Source: Arcobacter sp. (GTDB lineage Bacteria > Campylobacterota > Campylobacteria > Campylobacterales > Arcobacteraceae). From it: a DNA stretch of 27,319 nucleotides. The position numbers and the translations under genes were made by a program. The notes below the pieces were generated by a model, which was not told where the DNA came from, did not search any database, and saw nothing but the letters and a program-made list of their open reading frames with translations. Location of the stretch: positions 1 to 27,319 of the forward strand of contig CBFIGT010000020.1 of NCBI GenBank assembly GCA_965662175.1, written 5' to 3'. This document shows, in pieces, positions 17,305 to 27,240 of the stretch; position 1 is the first letter of the stretch; every line of letters starts with the position of its first letter.

Positions 17305-19131
17305 TTGATAACAAAAATATTTAATAAAATTAGAAAAAACAACCATAATAAAACTATATTAGTAATTGATGATTCCATTGTTATTAGAGAGCAGCTTAAA
17401 GATATTTTTGAAATGGAAACTTATAGTGTACTTACAAGTTCCAATTTAAACACAGCACTTGAGCAAATACAAAATAATAATATTGATTTAATTATTTTAG
17501 ATGTAGAACTAAAAGATGAAAATGGAATAGATTTTTTAAAGAAAAACTACGAATATATTATTAAAAACTTAAAAATCCCAGTTATTATGATATCAAGCAC
17601 AATTAATACAGCTATTATAAAAAGAAGTATACAAGTTGGTGCTGTTGATACTATCTCAAAGCCATATATTGAAGAAGAGATTATTCTAAAGGTAAATTTA
17701 TGGATAGATTACAAAAGAAAACAAAATCAAATAAAACAAACTACAAAACTTTTAAGAGAGTATGAAAGTACTGTAAATGAAAGTTTTATCGTCTCTAAAA
17801 CAAATGCAAAAGGTGTAATAACATATGTAAATGAGGAGTTTTGTAGATTATCAGGTTATTCAAAAGAGGAGTTAATAGGCAAAAGCCACAGTATTGTAAG
17901 ACATCCCGATACAAAAAAAGAGCTATTTGAAGAGATGTGGCATACTATAAAATTTTTGAAAAAGCCTTGGAAAGGTATTCTTAAAAACAGGAAAAAAGAT
18001 GGTTCTTTTTATTGGATTGACTCTTTTATAAAACCAATATTAAACTCAAAAGGTGAAATAACAGAATATCTAGGAATAAAAAACGATATTACAGAACAAG
18101 AAAATGCAAAAGAGTATTTTAAGACAAAATTTGAGGGTTCAATAAAAAACTTAAATCGCTCCATTACCTTATCAAATGAGTATGAAAAAGCGATAAATGT
18201 AAGTAATATTGTATCAAGAACTGATTTAAATGGAACAATAACTTATGTAAATGATACTTTTTGTGAAATCTCAGGTTATGAAAAAAGTGAGTTAATTGGA
18301 AAAAATCATAACATAATCAGGCACCCAGATACTCCAAAAGAGATTTTTAGAGATATGTGGAAAACAATAAAAAGTGGTAAAGTTTTTAAAGCGATTTTAA
18401 AAAATAAAAGTAAAAACAAAGGGGCTTATTGGATAGATACTACAATAGTGCCTATTCGTGATGAGACAGGTAAGATTGTCGAATATATGGGTATAAGAAA
18501 AGATGTAAGTGAACTTTTTGATTTACATAAAGAGATGGAAGAGACTCAAAAAGAGATTATTTATAAAATGGGTGAGATTGGTGAGTCTAGGAGTAAAGAG
18601 ACAGGAAATCATGTAAAAAGAGTTGCTGAGTATTCAAGACTTTTTGCTTTTTATTATGGCTTGGCAAAAGATGAAATTGATACTCTTTTTACAGCTTCAC
18701 CTATGCATGATATTGGAAAAGTAGGAATTCCTGATTCTATTCTTAAAAAACCTGGAAAGCTTACAGATGAAGAGTTTCAAGTTATGAAAACTCATGCTAT
18801 GATTGGTTACAATATTTTAAAAACTTCACAAAGAAAAGTACTACAAGCAGCTGCAATTGTATCAAAAGAGCACCATGAAAAATGGAATGGAAAAGGTTAT
18901 CCTGAGGCAAAAAGAGGGGAAGAGATTCATATTTATGGACGAATTACAGCACTTGCTGATGTTTTTGATGCATTAGGTTCAAAAAGATGTTATAAAGAAG
19001 CTTGGAGTGATGAGGATATTTATGATTTAATCAAAAAAGAGAGGGGTGAGCATTTTGATCCAAAGCTTGTTGATATATTTTTTAAACATAAAACTAAGTT
19101 TTTAAAAATTAGAGATAAGTATCAAGATTAA
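17305..19131 (+). CDS. Response regulator with REC, two PAS domains and an HD-GYP c-di-GMP phosphodiesterase domain
   Basis: TTG start. REC motifs (ILVIDDS, LIILDVEL, ISKP); two PAS repeats (ITYVN..FC..SGY...ELIGK.H..RHPD); MHDIGK and HHEKWNGKGYP. Confidence 0.92.
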   Translation: MITKIFNKIRKNNHNKTILVIDDSIVIREQLKDIFEMETYSVLTSSNLNTALEQIQNNNIDLIILDVELKDENGIDFLKKNYEYIIKNLKIPVIMISSTINTAIIKRSIQVGAVDTISKPYIEEEIILKVNLWIDYKRKQNQIKQTTKLLREYESTVNESFIVSKTNAKGVITYVNEEFCRLSGYSKEELIGKSHSIVRHPDTKKELFEEMWHTIKFLKKPWKGILKNRKKDGSFYWIDSFIKPILNSKGEITEYLGIKNDITEQENAKEYFKTKFEGSIKNLNRSITLSNEYEKAINVSNIVSRTDLNGTITYVNDTFCEISGYEKSELIGKNHNIIRHPDTPKEIFRDMWKTIKSGKVFKAILKNKSKNKGAYWIDTTIVPIRDETGKIVEYMGIRKDVSELFDLHKEMEETQKEIIYKMGEIGESRSKETGNHVKRVAEYSRLFAFYYGLAKDEIDTLFTASPMHDIGKVGIPDSILKKPGKLTDEEFQVMKTHAMIGYNILKTSQRKVLQAAAIVSKEHHEKWNGKGYPEAKRGEEIHIYGRITALADVFDALGSKRCYKEAWSDEDIYDLIKKERGEHFDPKLVDIFFKHKTKFLKIRDKYQD

Positions 19132-19239
19132 ATTCTACTATGCCCATGTTAAAGGTAAATACTATTAGTAAGCCTTATCTTTTTTTAAATATTTTACGAT
19201 ATAATCAACATACTTTATAAAAATTTTGGAATGTAAATA

Positions 19240-20274
19240 ATGACCGTAAAAATAGACCTACCAAACAATATTTCATATAATATTATTATTGATAAATTAG
19301 AAGAGTTGACTTTTGATAGAAAAGTTGTAATTGTGACTAATCCTACTGTTGCTGGATTTCATTTAGAGTATTTAAAAACAAAAATAAAAGCATCAAATCT
19401 ATCAATCGTAACAGTGCCTGATGGTGAAGAGTATAAAAATATGCAAACTGTTGATATGATACTTGAACACTGTTTTGAAAATAGATTAAATAGAAAATCT
19501 CTACTTATCGCTTTTGGTGGTGGAGTTATTGGTGATATGACAGGTTTTTGTGCCTCTATTTACCAAAGAGGAATTGATTTTATTCAAATTCCTACAACAT
19601 TACTTTCTCAAGTTGATGCAAGTGTTGGTGGTAAAACAGGAGTTAATAATAAATTTGGAAAAAATTTAGTTGGAGCTTTTCATCAGCCAAAAGCTGTTTA
19701 TATTGATCCATATTTTTTAACAACTTTGCCAAAAAGAGAGTTAGGTGCTGGAATTGCTGAGATAGTTAAAATGGCTGTTACTTTCAACAAAGAGTTTTTT
19801 ACTTGGTTAGAACAAAATGATTTAAATGATAGTGAAAATGTAAAAGTTGCTATTAAAAAATCAGTTGAAACAAAAGCTTGGGTTGTATCTCAAGATGAAA
19901 AAGAGCATGGAATTAGAGCTGCACTTAATTATGGGCATACTTTTGGACATGTAATAGAAAATGAAACAAACTATGATACTTATTTACATGGTGAGGCTGT
20001 TGGTATTGGTATGTGTATGGCAAATGAAGTTTCAGTAAAACTTGGAATTATGACAAAAGATGAAGCTTTGAGAGTAAAAAATTTATTGGAAAAATATGAT
20101 ATTCCTACAACTTATAAAATAAAAGATGTTGAAGATTTTTATGAGCATTTTTTCTTAGATAAAAAATCACTGGACAACAAGATTAAGTTTATTCTTCCTA
20201 TTGGAATAGGTGATTGTAAAATCACTGACGAAGTCTCAAAAGAAGATGTTGTTTCTGTTTTAAAAGGATTTTAA
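19240..20274 (+). CDS. aroB: 3-dehydroquinate synthase
   Basis: GGGVIGD, RGIDFIQIPTTLLSQVDASVGGKTG and LNYGHTFGH motifs. TATAAT at 19200-19205. Confidence 0.97.
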   Translation: MTVKIDLPNNISYNIIIDKLEELTFDRKVVIVTNPTVAGFHLEYLKTKIKASNLSIVTVPDGEEYKNMQTVDMILEHCFENRLNRKSLLIAFGGGVIGDMTGFCASIYQRGIDFIQIPTTLLSQVDASVGGKTGVNNKFGKNLVGAFHQPKAVYIDPYFLTTLPKRELGAGIAEIVKMAVTFNKEFFTWLEQNDLNDSENVKVAIKKSVETKAWVVSQDEKEHGIRAALNYGHTFGHVIENETNYDTYLHGEAVGIGMCMANEVSVKLGIMTKDEALRVKNLLEKYDIPTTYKIKDVEDFYEHFFLDKKSLDNKIKFILPIGIGDCKITDEVSKEDVVSVLKGF

Positions 20275-21984
20275 TTGAAAAGAGTGTTGTTTTTAGTTTT
20301 TCTTAGTTTTATACTTAATGCAAGTGCCGAAGATACATTAAGTGGTAAAGCTACAATACAAAAAATAGTTGAAGAGAATAAACTAGCTCAAGAGATTAAA
20401 GATGTTCCAAAAGAGGAAGCCTCAACGTTAGTAGTATTAGAACCAACTCCTGAAATACAAAATAGAATAAATAGCTACAAAGAGCAAATTAAGGCTATTG
20501 ATGAAAAACTTGAAGATAATATTTTATTAAAAAGATATTCAAACTATATAGCTTATAGAAATATTTCAAAAGATTTACATGATTTAAAAAATGAACTTTT
20601 AGAAGTAAATAAAAAAAATAGAGATTTAGTTTATAAAGTTGAAAATAAGATTAGAATCAAAAACAATGAGTTAGAGTTAATATCAGAGTATAAAGACTCT
20701 CCAATTGGAAAACTAATAAATCCTCCTGAAATAGAAAAATATGAAGAGATTACAAATCCATTTGGAATAATAAATGCTTTATCATATAAACAAAAACTTA
20801 AAGACCATAGAAATGAGTTTGATAAGATTATAAAAGAGGTTTCAACTCTTGTAGGACTTCTTGATAAAAAGATTTTATTATATTTGGATTTATATAATTT
20901 AGACCCCCAAATTGCCTATGAAGATGAGATTAGTTTCTTAGATAATGAGAAAAAAGATTTCAATATGGTTTTAGAGATTGTTTCAACTACAAGTGAAGTT
21001 TATACAAGAAAAATTGAGCAAGTTATTTTAGAAACAGATAATCAAATAACAGAACAAATCACAAAAACTCTTGTGCTTGTTTTTATTATTGGTATTGTTT
21101 TTGTAATTGCTTTTTTAATAAAACTTACACTTAAAAAATATTTTTCACAAAATGAAAACTTCTATATGGCAAATAAGGTTATCAATTTTATATTGGTATT
21201 TTTAGTTGTTATGATTGTACTTTTTTCATATATTGATAATGTCTCTTATGTTATTACAATCTTAGGGTTTGCATCAGCTGGTATTGCTATTGCCCTAAAA
21301 GATTGGTTTATGTCTTTATTTGGGTGGATGGTTATTGTAACATCAGGTTCTATTCAAGTTGGAGATAGAATAAAAGTTACAAGAAATGGTTTAGAAGTTG
21401 TTGGGGATGTTCTTGATATTTCTTTATTTAAAATCACAATTAGAGAAGATATTACTTATACTTCATACAAAGTAAATAGAAGAACAGGAAGAATTTTCTT
21501 TATTCCAAATAACTATGTTTTCTCTGAAATGATTGCAAACTATACTCACTCAGGACTTAGAACTGTTTGGGATGGTATTGATATTACTATTACTTTTGAT
21601 TCAAACTATAAAAAAGCTCAGCATATTGCAAAAGAGATTTTAAAGCACTACTCAAAAGGTTACACAGATATTACTAGAAAACAGTTATCTAAAATGAGAA
21701 ATAAATATGCACTAAGAGCAACAGGTGTTGAGCCTAGAGTATTTACTTTTGTAGAAGAGCAGGGTATTGTAATATCTTGTTGGTATCTTACAAACTCTTA
21801 TGCAGCACTTGTTTTAAGAAGTACTATGAGTCCTGAGATTTTGGATGCATTTATGAAAGAGGATGATATTCATATTGCTTATCCTACTCAACAAATTAAT
21901 ATTAATAAAACTGAAAATGCATATGGACCTTCAAGAAAAAGAGAAGTTCCAAAAGATATTGAAGATGAAATTATAAAAAGATAG
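20275..21984 (+). CDS. MscS-family mechanosensitive channel with a long periplasmic coiled-coil N-terminus
   Basis: Signal peptide, TM helices, LGFASAGIAIALKD, GDRI and IPNN motifs; position after aroB matches Campylobacterota gene order. Confidence 0.88.
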   Translation: MKRVLFLVFLSFILNASAEDTLSGKATIQKIVEENKLAQEIKDVPKEEASTLVVLEPTPEIQNRINSYKEQIKAIDEKLEDNILLKRYSNYIAYRNISKDLHDLKNELLEVNKKNRDLVYKVENKIRIKNNELELISEYKDSPIGKLINPPEIEKYEEITNPFGIINALSYKQKLKDHRNEFDKIIKEVSTLVGLLDKKILLYLDLYNLDPQIAYEDEISFLDNEKKDFNMVLEIVSTTSEVYTRKIEQVILETDNQITEQITKTLVLVFIIGIVFVIAFLIKLTLKKYFSQNENFYMANKVINFILVFLVVMIVLFSYIDNVSYVITILGFASAGIAIALKDWFMSLFGWMVIVTSGSIQVGDRIKVTRNGLEVVGDVLDISLFKITIREDITYTSYKVNRRTGRIFFIPNNYVFSEMIANYTHSGLRTVWDGIDITITFDSNYKKAQHIAKEILKHYSKGYTDITRKQLSKMRNKYALRATGVEPRVFTFVEEQGIVISCWYLTNSYAALVLRSTMSPEILDAFMKEDDIHIAYPTQQININKTENAYGPSRKREVPKDIEDEIIKR

Positions 21985-22002
21985 GCTAAGGATTAGAGAT
22001 TA

Positions 22003-23268
22003 ATGCAGTTTTTGACAAATAAACCAAAAGTCTATTTTAAAACTTTTGGATGTAGAACAAATGTTTTTGATACTCAAGTAATGATGAGTAATTTAAAAGA
22101 TTTCGAAATTACACAAGATGAAAAAGAAGCAAATGTAGTTGTAATAAACTCTTGTACTGTTACAAATAGTGCTGATAGTACAGCACGTGGTTATATAAAC
22201 TCTTTAAATAAACTAGCAAATAAACCAAGAGTAGTTTTTACAGGTTGTGGAGTTTGGACAAAGGGTGAAAATCTTTTCAAAGAGGAAAAAGTAGATTCAC
22301 TTTTTGGACATAGTGAAAAAGAGAATATAAATGAACTTCTAAAAAATGAAGAGAGATTTTTTCAAGCAGGTGACTTAGATCATATTGATGAAACAATAGT
22401 TGAAGAGTTTGTTGGTAAAAGTAGGGCATTTATAAAAATACAAGAGGGTTGTGACTTTAGATGTTCATATTGCATTATTCCTTAGGTAAGAGGAGATGCA
22501 AGAAGTTATAAAGAAGATAAAATCTTAGAACAGATTACAAAACTAGCATCAAATGGTTTTGGAGAGTTTATTTTAACAGGAACAAATGTAGGCTCTTATG
22601 GTAAGAAAAAACATACCTCCCTAGCAAAACTTCTTAAAAAAATATCACTTATAAAAGGTGTTAGACGTATAAGAATGGGAAGTATTGAACCTATTCAAAT
22701 AGATGATGAGTTTAAAGAGATAATCAATGAACCTTTTATGGCAAAACATCTTCATATTGCACTTCAACACACATCTAAAAAAATGCTTGAGATTATGAAT
22801 AGAAGAAATAAAGTATTAAGTGACTTAGAACTCTTTGAATTTCTAAGAGATAATGGTTATGCTTTAGGAACAGATTTTATAGTTGGACATCCAGGTGAAA
22901 GTGATGAGCTTTGGAAAGAGGCTATGGAAAATTTACATAAATTTCCTTTAACTCATGTTCATGCCTTTACCTACTCAAAAAGAGATGGAACTCCAAGTGC
23001 TACAATGGGTGAGCAAGTTCGTGGTGATATTGCGAAATTAAGATACAATGAATTAACAAAAATTATTGAAAATAAAAATTATGAGTTTAGAAAAAACAAT
23101 AAAAATACCTTAGAGATTTTAATAGAGCAAGAAAAAAATGGAAAGTATATAGGTTTTGACCAATATTTTAATCAAATAGAGCTTGAGAGTAGTGCTGATT
23201 TACTTGGTGATTGGATATTTTTAGATAATTACGAAACTAAGGTAAATGGAAATGTTGCAAAATTTTAA
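22003..23268 (+). pseudogene. mtaB: tRNA methylthiotransferase MtaB (radical SAM, MiaB family) interrupted by one in-frame TAG at 22483-22485
   Basis: TFGCRTN, INSCTVT, TGC and KIQEGCDFRCSYCIIP*VRG motifs. The frame stays open after the TAG and joins ORF 22675-23268 in frame, giving 421 codons before the final stop. Confidence 0.88.
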
Positions 23269-24733
23269 TAACAACAATAAAAATAAAGAAAAAACACTAA
23301 AACTAATGGTAATGTCAGGAATAGCACTAATAGTGCTATTTTTTTATACAATGTACAAAAGTTCCACATATTTGGATACTAGTAACTATAGTTTTGGATT
23401 AATCTTTATTGTTATATTGATTTTATTTGCTATTTTTGCCAGAGTTTATAAACATAAAATTCAAGCATTTATTGACAAAAATGGAGTTAAAAACTCTATG
23501 TTTCAAGAAGAGTTAGAGAATTCAAAACAATCCTCTAATAATTATGTAGAAGATGAAAACTCTCATATTGAAGTTGTAAAACCAAATACAACTTTTAGTG
23601 ATGTTGCTGGTATTTCATCTGTAAAAGGTGAACTTGAAGAGATAGTTGAGTTCTTAAATAATCCAAAAAAATATTATGATTATGGAATAAAACTTCCACG
23701 TGGTGTTTTACTTTATGGACCTCCAGGTGTTGGTAAAACTTTGATGGCAAGAGCCGTTGCTGGTGAAGCAAATGTTCCATTTTTTTATCAAAGTGGTGCA
23801 AGTTTTGTTCAAATATATGTGGGAATGGGAGCTAAAAGAGTTAGAGAACTTTTTGCAAAAGCAAAAGCAAATGCTCCAGCTATCATATTTATAGATGAAA
23901 TAGATGCTATTGGAAAAGCTAGAAGTGGAAAATCAAATGATGAAAGAGAAGCAACACTAAATGAACTTTTAACTCAAATGGATGGATTTGAGGGTGATAA
24001 TGGAGTGATTGTAATTGCAGCCACTAATAAAATAGAAGTACTAGATGATGCACTTCTTAGAGCTGGAAGATTTGATAGACGTGTAAAACTAAGTCTACCA
24101 AACATCAATGATAGAAAACTTATTTTAGAGTTATATTTAAAATCAATCAAACATAATCTTGATACACAAAAACTAGCGACTAATCTTTCAGGTTTTTCAT
24201 CAGCTTCAATATCAACTCTTATAAATGAAGCAATGCTTTATATGATTAAATGTAATGAAAAAGTTTTAGAAGAGAGTCATATTGAAATTGCAAAAGATAA
24301 ATTAGAGTTTGGAAAAAAAGAGAACTATATTTTATCAAGTGATGAAAAAGAGATATTAGCTATTTATCAAGCATCAAAAGCCTATATTACAAGACAAAAA
24401 GTTTCACTATTTGATGAAAATAGTTCAAATATAAAAACTCTTTTTCCCTCAAAAGGTGATTTGAAAAAAGAGCTTAGAAAATATTTGGCTGGTATTATTG
24501 GGGTTGAAGTTTTAAAAGATGAGCAGTATGCTATTTTTGAAGAGGATTTAAAAAAAGCTGATGACTTAGCAAAAGATATGGTAGAAAAATATGCCATGTC
24601 AAAGGACTACAAAGAGCTTATTGAGCAAACAAAAATAGAGTTAAAAACACAATTTGATGCAAACTTTGATGAGATAAAAAGACTTACAAAAATAATGATT
24701 GAAAAAGAGGTTATATTAGAAAATGATTTCTAA
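23246..24733 (+). CDS. Membrane-anchored FtsH-like AAA+ ATPase with a degenerate protease domain
   Basis: Two N-terminal TM segments, Walker A GPPGVGKT, Walker B IFIDEIDA and SRH ALLRAGRFDR. AIYQASKA occupies the position of the HEAGH zinc motif. Confidence 0.9.
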   Translation: MEMLQNFNNNNKNKEKTLKLMVMSGIALIVLFFYTMYKSSTYLDTSNYSFGLIFIVILILFAIFARVYKHKIQAFIDKNGVKNSMFQEELENSKQSSNNYVEDENSHIEVVKPNTTFSDVAGISSVKGELEEIVEFLNNPKKYYDYGIKLPRGVLLYGPPGVGKTLMARAVAGEANVPFFYQSGASFVQIYVGMGAKRVRELFAKAKANAPAIIFIDEIDAIGKARSGKSNDEREATLNELLTQMDGFEGDNGVIVIAATNKIEVLDDALLRAGRFDRRVKLSLPNINDRKLILELYLKSIKHNLDTQKLATNLSGFSSASISTLINEAMLYMIKCNEKVLEESHIEIAKDKLEFGKKENYILSSDEKEILAIYQASKAYITRQKVSLFDENSSNIKTLFPSKGDLKKELRKYLAGIIGVEVLKDEQYAIFEEDLKKADDLAKDMVEKYAMSKDYKELIEQTKIELKTQFDANFDEIKRLTKIMIEKEVILENDF

Positions 24734-25241
24734 ATATTTTTCAGGTTTTTCACTAAAAAATGAAAAAGAGATTTTTTCAGAATATTTAGTGGAAAATGAT
24801 TTTACAGTTTCAGGTTTCTCTTATGGTGCAATTAAAGCTTTTGAAGAGCTTTTGGAAACAGATGAAAGAGTTGATTTATTACAACTCTTCTCACCAGCTT
24901 TTTTTCAAACTCAAAGTGAAAAGTTTATTAGAATGCAATTGATGTTTTTTAAAAAGGACTCAAAAATGTATTGTGAAAATTTCTTAAAAAATATATCTGC
25001 ACCTTCAAACTTTGATATGAGTGGTTACTTTAAAGAGGGTAGTTTTGAAGAGCTTCAAACTCTTTTGACTTATAAATGGAGTGAGGAGAAGTTAAATAAA
25101 CTTTTAAAAAAAGGTGTTAAAATAGAGGTTTATTTAGGAAGTGATGATAAAATAATTGATTCACAAAAAGCAGCAAACTTTTTCAAAGAGTTTGCAACAG
25201 TATATTTTATAAAAAATAGTGGACATATTTTAAAAGGATGA
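24723..25241 (+). CDS. bioV: Pimeloyl-ACP methyl ester esterase BioV (alpha/beta hydrolase)
   Basis: YFSGF start, GFSYGA nucleophile motif, D.II and terminal GHIL. Follows the FtsH-like gene as in Helicobacter. Confidence 0.82.
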   Translation: MISKYFSGFSLKNEKEIFSEYLVENDFTVSGFSYGAIKAFEELLETDERVDLLQLFSPAFFQTQSEKFIRMQLMFFKKDSKMYCENFLKNISAPSNFDMSGYFKEGSFEELQTLLTYKWSEEKLNKLLKKGVKIEVYLGSDDKIIDSQKAANFFKEFATVYFIKNSGHILKG

Positions 25242-25258
25242 TAATGAAAGCAAAAATT

Positions 25259-25303
25259 GTCCTCGTCGCTTCGCTCCTGCGAGATAAATCGCAAGCGATG
25301 TAT
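25259..25303. repeat. GC-rich 45-bp palindromic REP-like element between bioV and mog
   Basis: Nested stems CGTCGCT (25264-25270)/AGCGATG (25294-25300) and TGCGA (25278-25282)/TCGCA (25289-25293) with a TCGCTCC bulge. Only one copy is seen in this window. Confidence 0.5.
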
Positions 25304-25326
25304 GGAATTAATAATAAAGGAATTTT

Positions 25327-25857
25327 ATGAAAATAAAAATTGGAATTGTGACAGCAAGTGATAGAGCAAGTAAAGGTATTTATGAGGATTTATCAGGACA
25401 AGCTATTATTGATACTATGAATGAGTATTTAACAAGTGAGTGGGAGAGTGTTTATAGATGTATTGAAGATAATCAAGAGACTATTGAAAATACTTTAAAA
25501 GATTTAGTAGATAATGAAGGGTGCTGTTTAGTAGTTACTACAGGAGGAACAGGTCCTGCTAAAAGAGATGTAACACCTGAAGCTACTGAAAATGTATGTG
25601 ATAGAATGATGCCAGGTTTTGGTGAACTTATGCGTGCTGAATCACTAAAATTTGTACCAACAGCAATTCTTTCAAGACAAACAGCAGGTCTTAGAGGAAG
25701 CTCACTAATAGTAAACTTACCTGGAAAACCAAAATCAATTAGAGAGTGTTTAGATGCTGTTTTCCCAGCGATTCCTTATTGTATAGATTTAATGGAAGGG
25801 CCATTTTTAGAGTGTAATGAAGAGGTAATAAAACCATTTAGACCAAAGAAAAAATAG
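25327..25857 (+). CDS. mog: Molybdopterin adenylyltransferase
   Basis: SDRAS.G.YEDLSG, TTGGTGPAKRDVTPEAT, AILSRQTAG and NLPGKPKSI motifs; AAGGA RBS. Confidence 0.96.
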   Translation: MKIKIGIVTASDRASKGIYEDLSGQAIIDTMNEYLTSEWESVYRCIEDNQETIENTLKDLVDNEGCCLVVTTGGTGPAKRDVTPEATENVCDRMMPGFGELMRAESLKFVPTAILSRQTAGLRGSSLIVNLPGKPKSIRECLDAVFPAIPYCIDLMEGPFLECNEEVIKPFRPKKK

Positions 25858-25878
25858 ATAAATAAAAAAGGATTAGTT

Positions 25879-27240
25879 TTGAAACAGATATTATTGACAA
25901 CAGTTTTTTCCTTAATCCTTTTTTTCTTATTGAATAACTATTTCAATACCCAACACTCAACACTACTTTCAATAATCTTTTTTCTAGTAGTTTTATGGTC
26001 AAATGAGGCCTTACCTTTGGGAGTGGTTTCTTTATTGCCAATAATTTTATTTCCTAGTTTTGATATATTAAGTACAAATGCTACTGCATCAAACTACTCT
26101 AACTCAATAATTTTTCTTTTTTTAGGTGGTTTTATGATAGCTATTGCCACACAAAAAATAGAGTTACATAAATATATTTCAAATAAATTATTGACCTTTT
26201 TCCCAAATACAGTAAGAGGAATAGTCTTTTCTTTAGCTATAACTTCAGCTTTTTTAAGCTCACTTATCTCAAATACTACAACAGCACTTTTACTTATACC
26301 AATAGCTATATATTTAAGTGATGAAATAAATATAAAGTTTAGATTTGTACTTGCTATTGCTTATGGTGCTAGTATTGGAGGTATAATTACACCAATTGGA
26401 ACACCACCAAACTTAATACTCTTGGGTTTTATGGAACAGCATAATTTAGAAGCTATTCCATTTTTAAAATGGATAGTTTTAACGCTTCCTTTAGCTATAG
26501 TTATGTTGATAGTTATACCTTATGTTTTATCAATTGGTGTAAAAAATATTAAAATCAATGCAAATTTAGAAGATATGAAACCTTTAAATTCTATACAAAA
26601 AAGATTAGTTTATATTTTATCTTCATTGATTGTTTTATTATTTGTAAACTCTAAAATAGAGCCTTATTATAATGGTTTAGGTTTAGATGAAAGAGGAATA
26701 CTTTTAGGATATGGATTATTGATGTTTATGCCCAAAATTGGTTTTATAACATGGGAAGATGCTAAAAAAATACCTTATGAGATTATATTTTTATTTGGTG
26801 CTGGTTTTTCAATTGCAATGGCATTTTCTAAAACAGGTTTAGCTGATGTTATTGCTAATCAGCTTTTAACTCTTACAAATTTACCTATTATATTACTTAT
26901 AATTTTGATAGCTTCATTAGTTACTTTTACTACAGAAATCACTTCAAACACAGCACTTGTATCTGTTGTTTTACCAATAATATATTCACTTGGAACAGCT
27001 TCCAATATTGATTTAACCTTGATTTTATTTGTTGCAACAATTTGTGCTTCTTATGCTTTCATGCTTCCAATTGCAACTCCACCTAATGCAATTGCCATGA
27101 GTAGTGGAGCTGTAAAAGTTAAAGATATGGCAAAGTTTGGTTTTCTATTTAATCTATTAGGAATTTTATCTATTACCTCAATAGCACTAATCTATTGGCA
27201 GTTTTTTATTTATATTATTTATATTTTACAGGAACTCTAA
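25879..27240 (+). CDS. SLC13/DASS family sodium:anion (dicarboxylate/sulfate) symporter
   Basis: TTG start; two SNT motifs (ISNTTT, TSNTA), GTPPN and AFMLPIATPPNAIA; many TM helices. Confidence 0.92.
   Translation: MKQILLTTVFSLILFFLLNNYFNTQHSTLLSIIFFLVVLWSNEALPLGVVSLLPIILFPSFDILSTNATASNYSNSIIFLFLGGFMIAIATQKIELHKYISNKLLTFFPNTVRGIVFSLAITSAFLSSLISNTTTALLLIPIAIYLSDEINIKFRFVLAIAYGASIGGIITPIGTPPNLILLGFMEQHNLEAIPFLKWIVLTLPLAIVMLIVIPYVLSIGVKNIKINANLEDMKPLNSIQKRLVYILSSLIVLLFVNSKIEPYYNGLGLDERGILLGYGLLMFMPKIGFITWEDAKKIPYEIIFLFGAGFSIAMAFSKTGLADVIANQLLTLTNLPIILLIILIASLVTFTTEITSNTALVSVVLPIIYSLGTASNIDLTLILFVATICASYAFMLPIATPPNAIAMSSGAVKVKDMAKFGFLFNLLGILSITSIALIYWQFFIYIIYILQEL

Noticed and set aside
22483..22560. 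Pyrrolysine/selenocysteine recoding or genome-wide TAG reassignment
   Set aside because: Sec uses TGA; no pyl genes or obvious downstream hairpin are visible; TAG ends several other genes at plausible positions; the tRNA here has anticodon UUC, not CUA.
22675..23268. 197-aa ORF as an independent gene
   Set aside because: It is the in-frame C-terminal half of mtaB downstream of the TAG.
11650..24597. Short minus-strand ORFs at 11650, 14453, 15466, 23595 and 24382
   Set aside because: Entirely antisense to well-supported conserved genes and without recognisable features.
25259..25326. Moco riboswitch upstream of mog
   Set aside because: Too short and lacks the multi-stem architecture of the Moco RNA motif.
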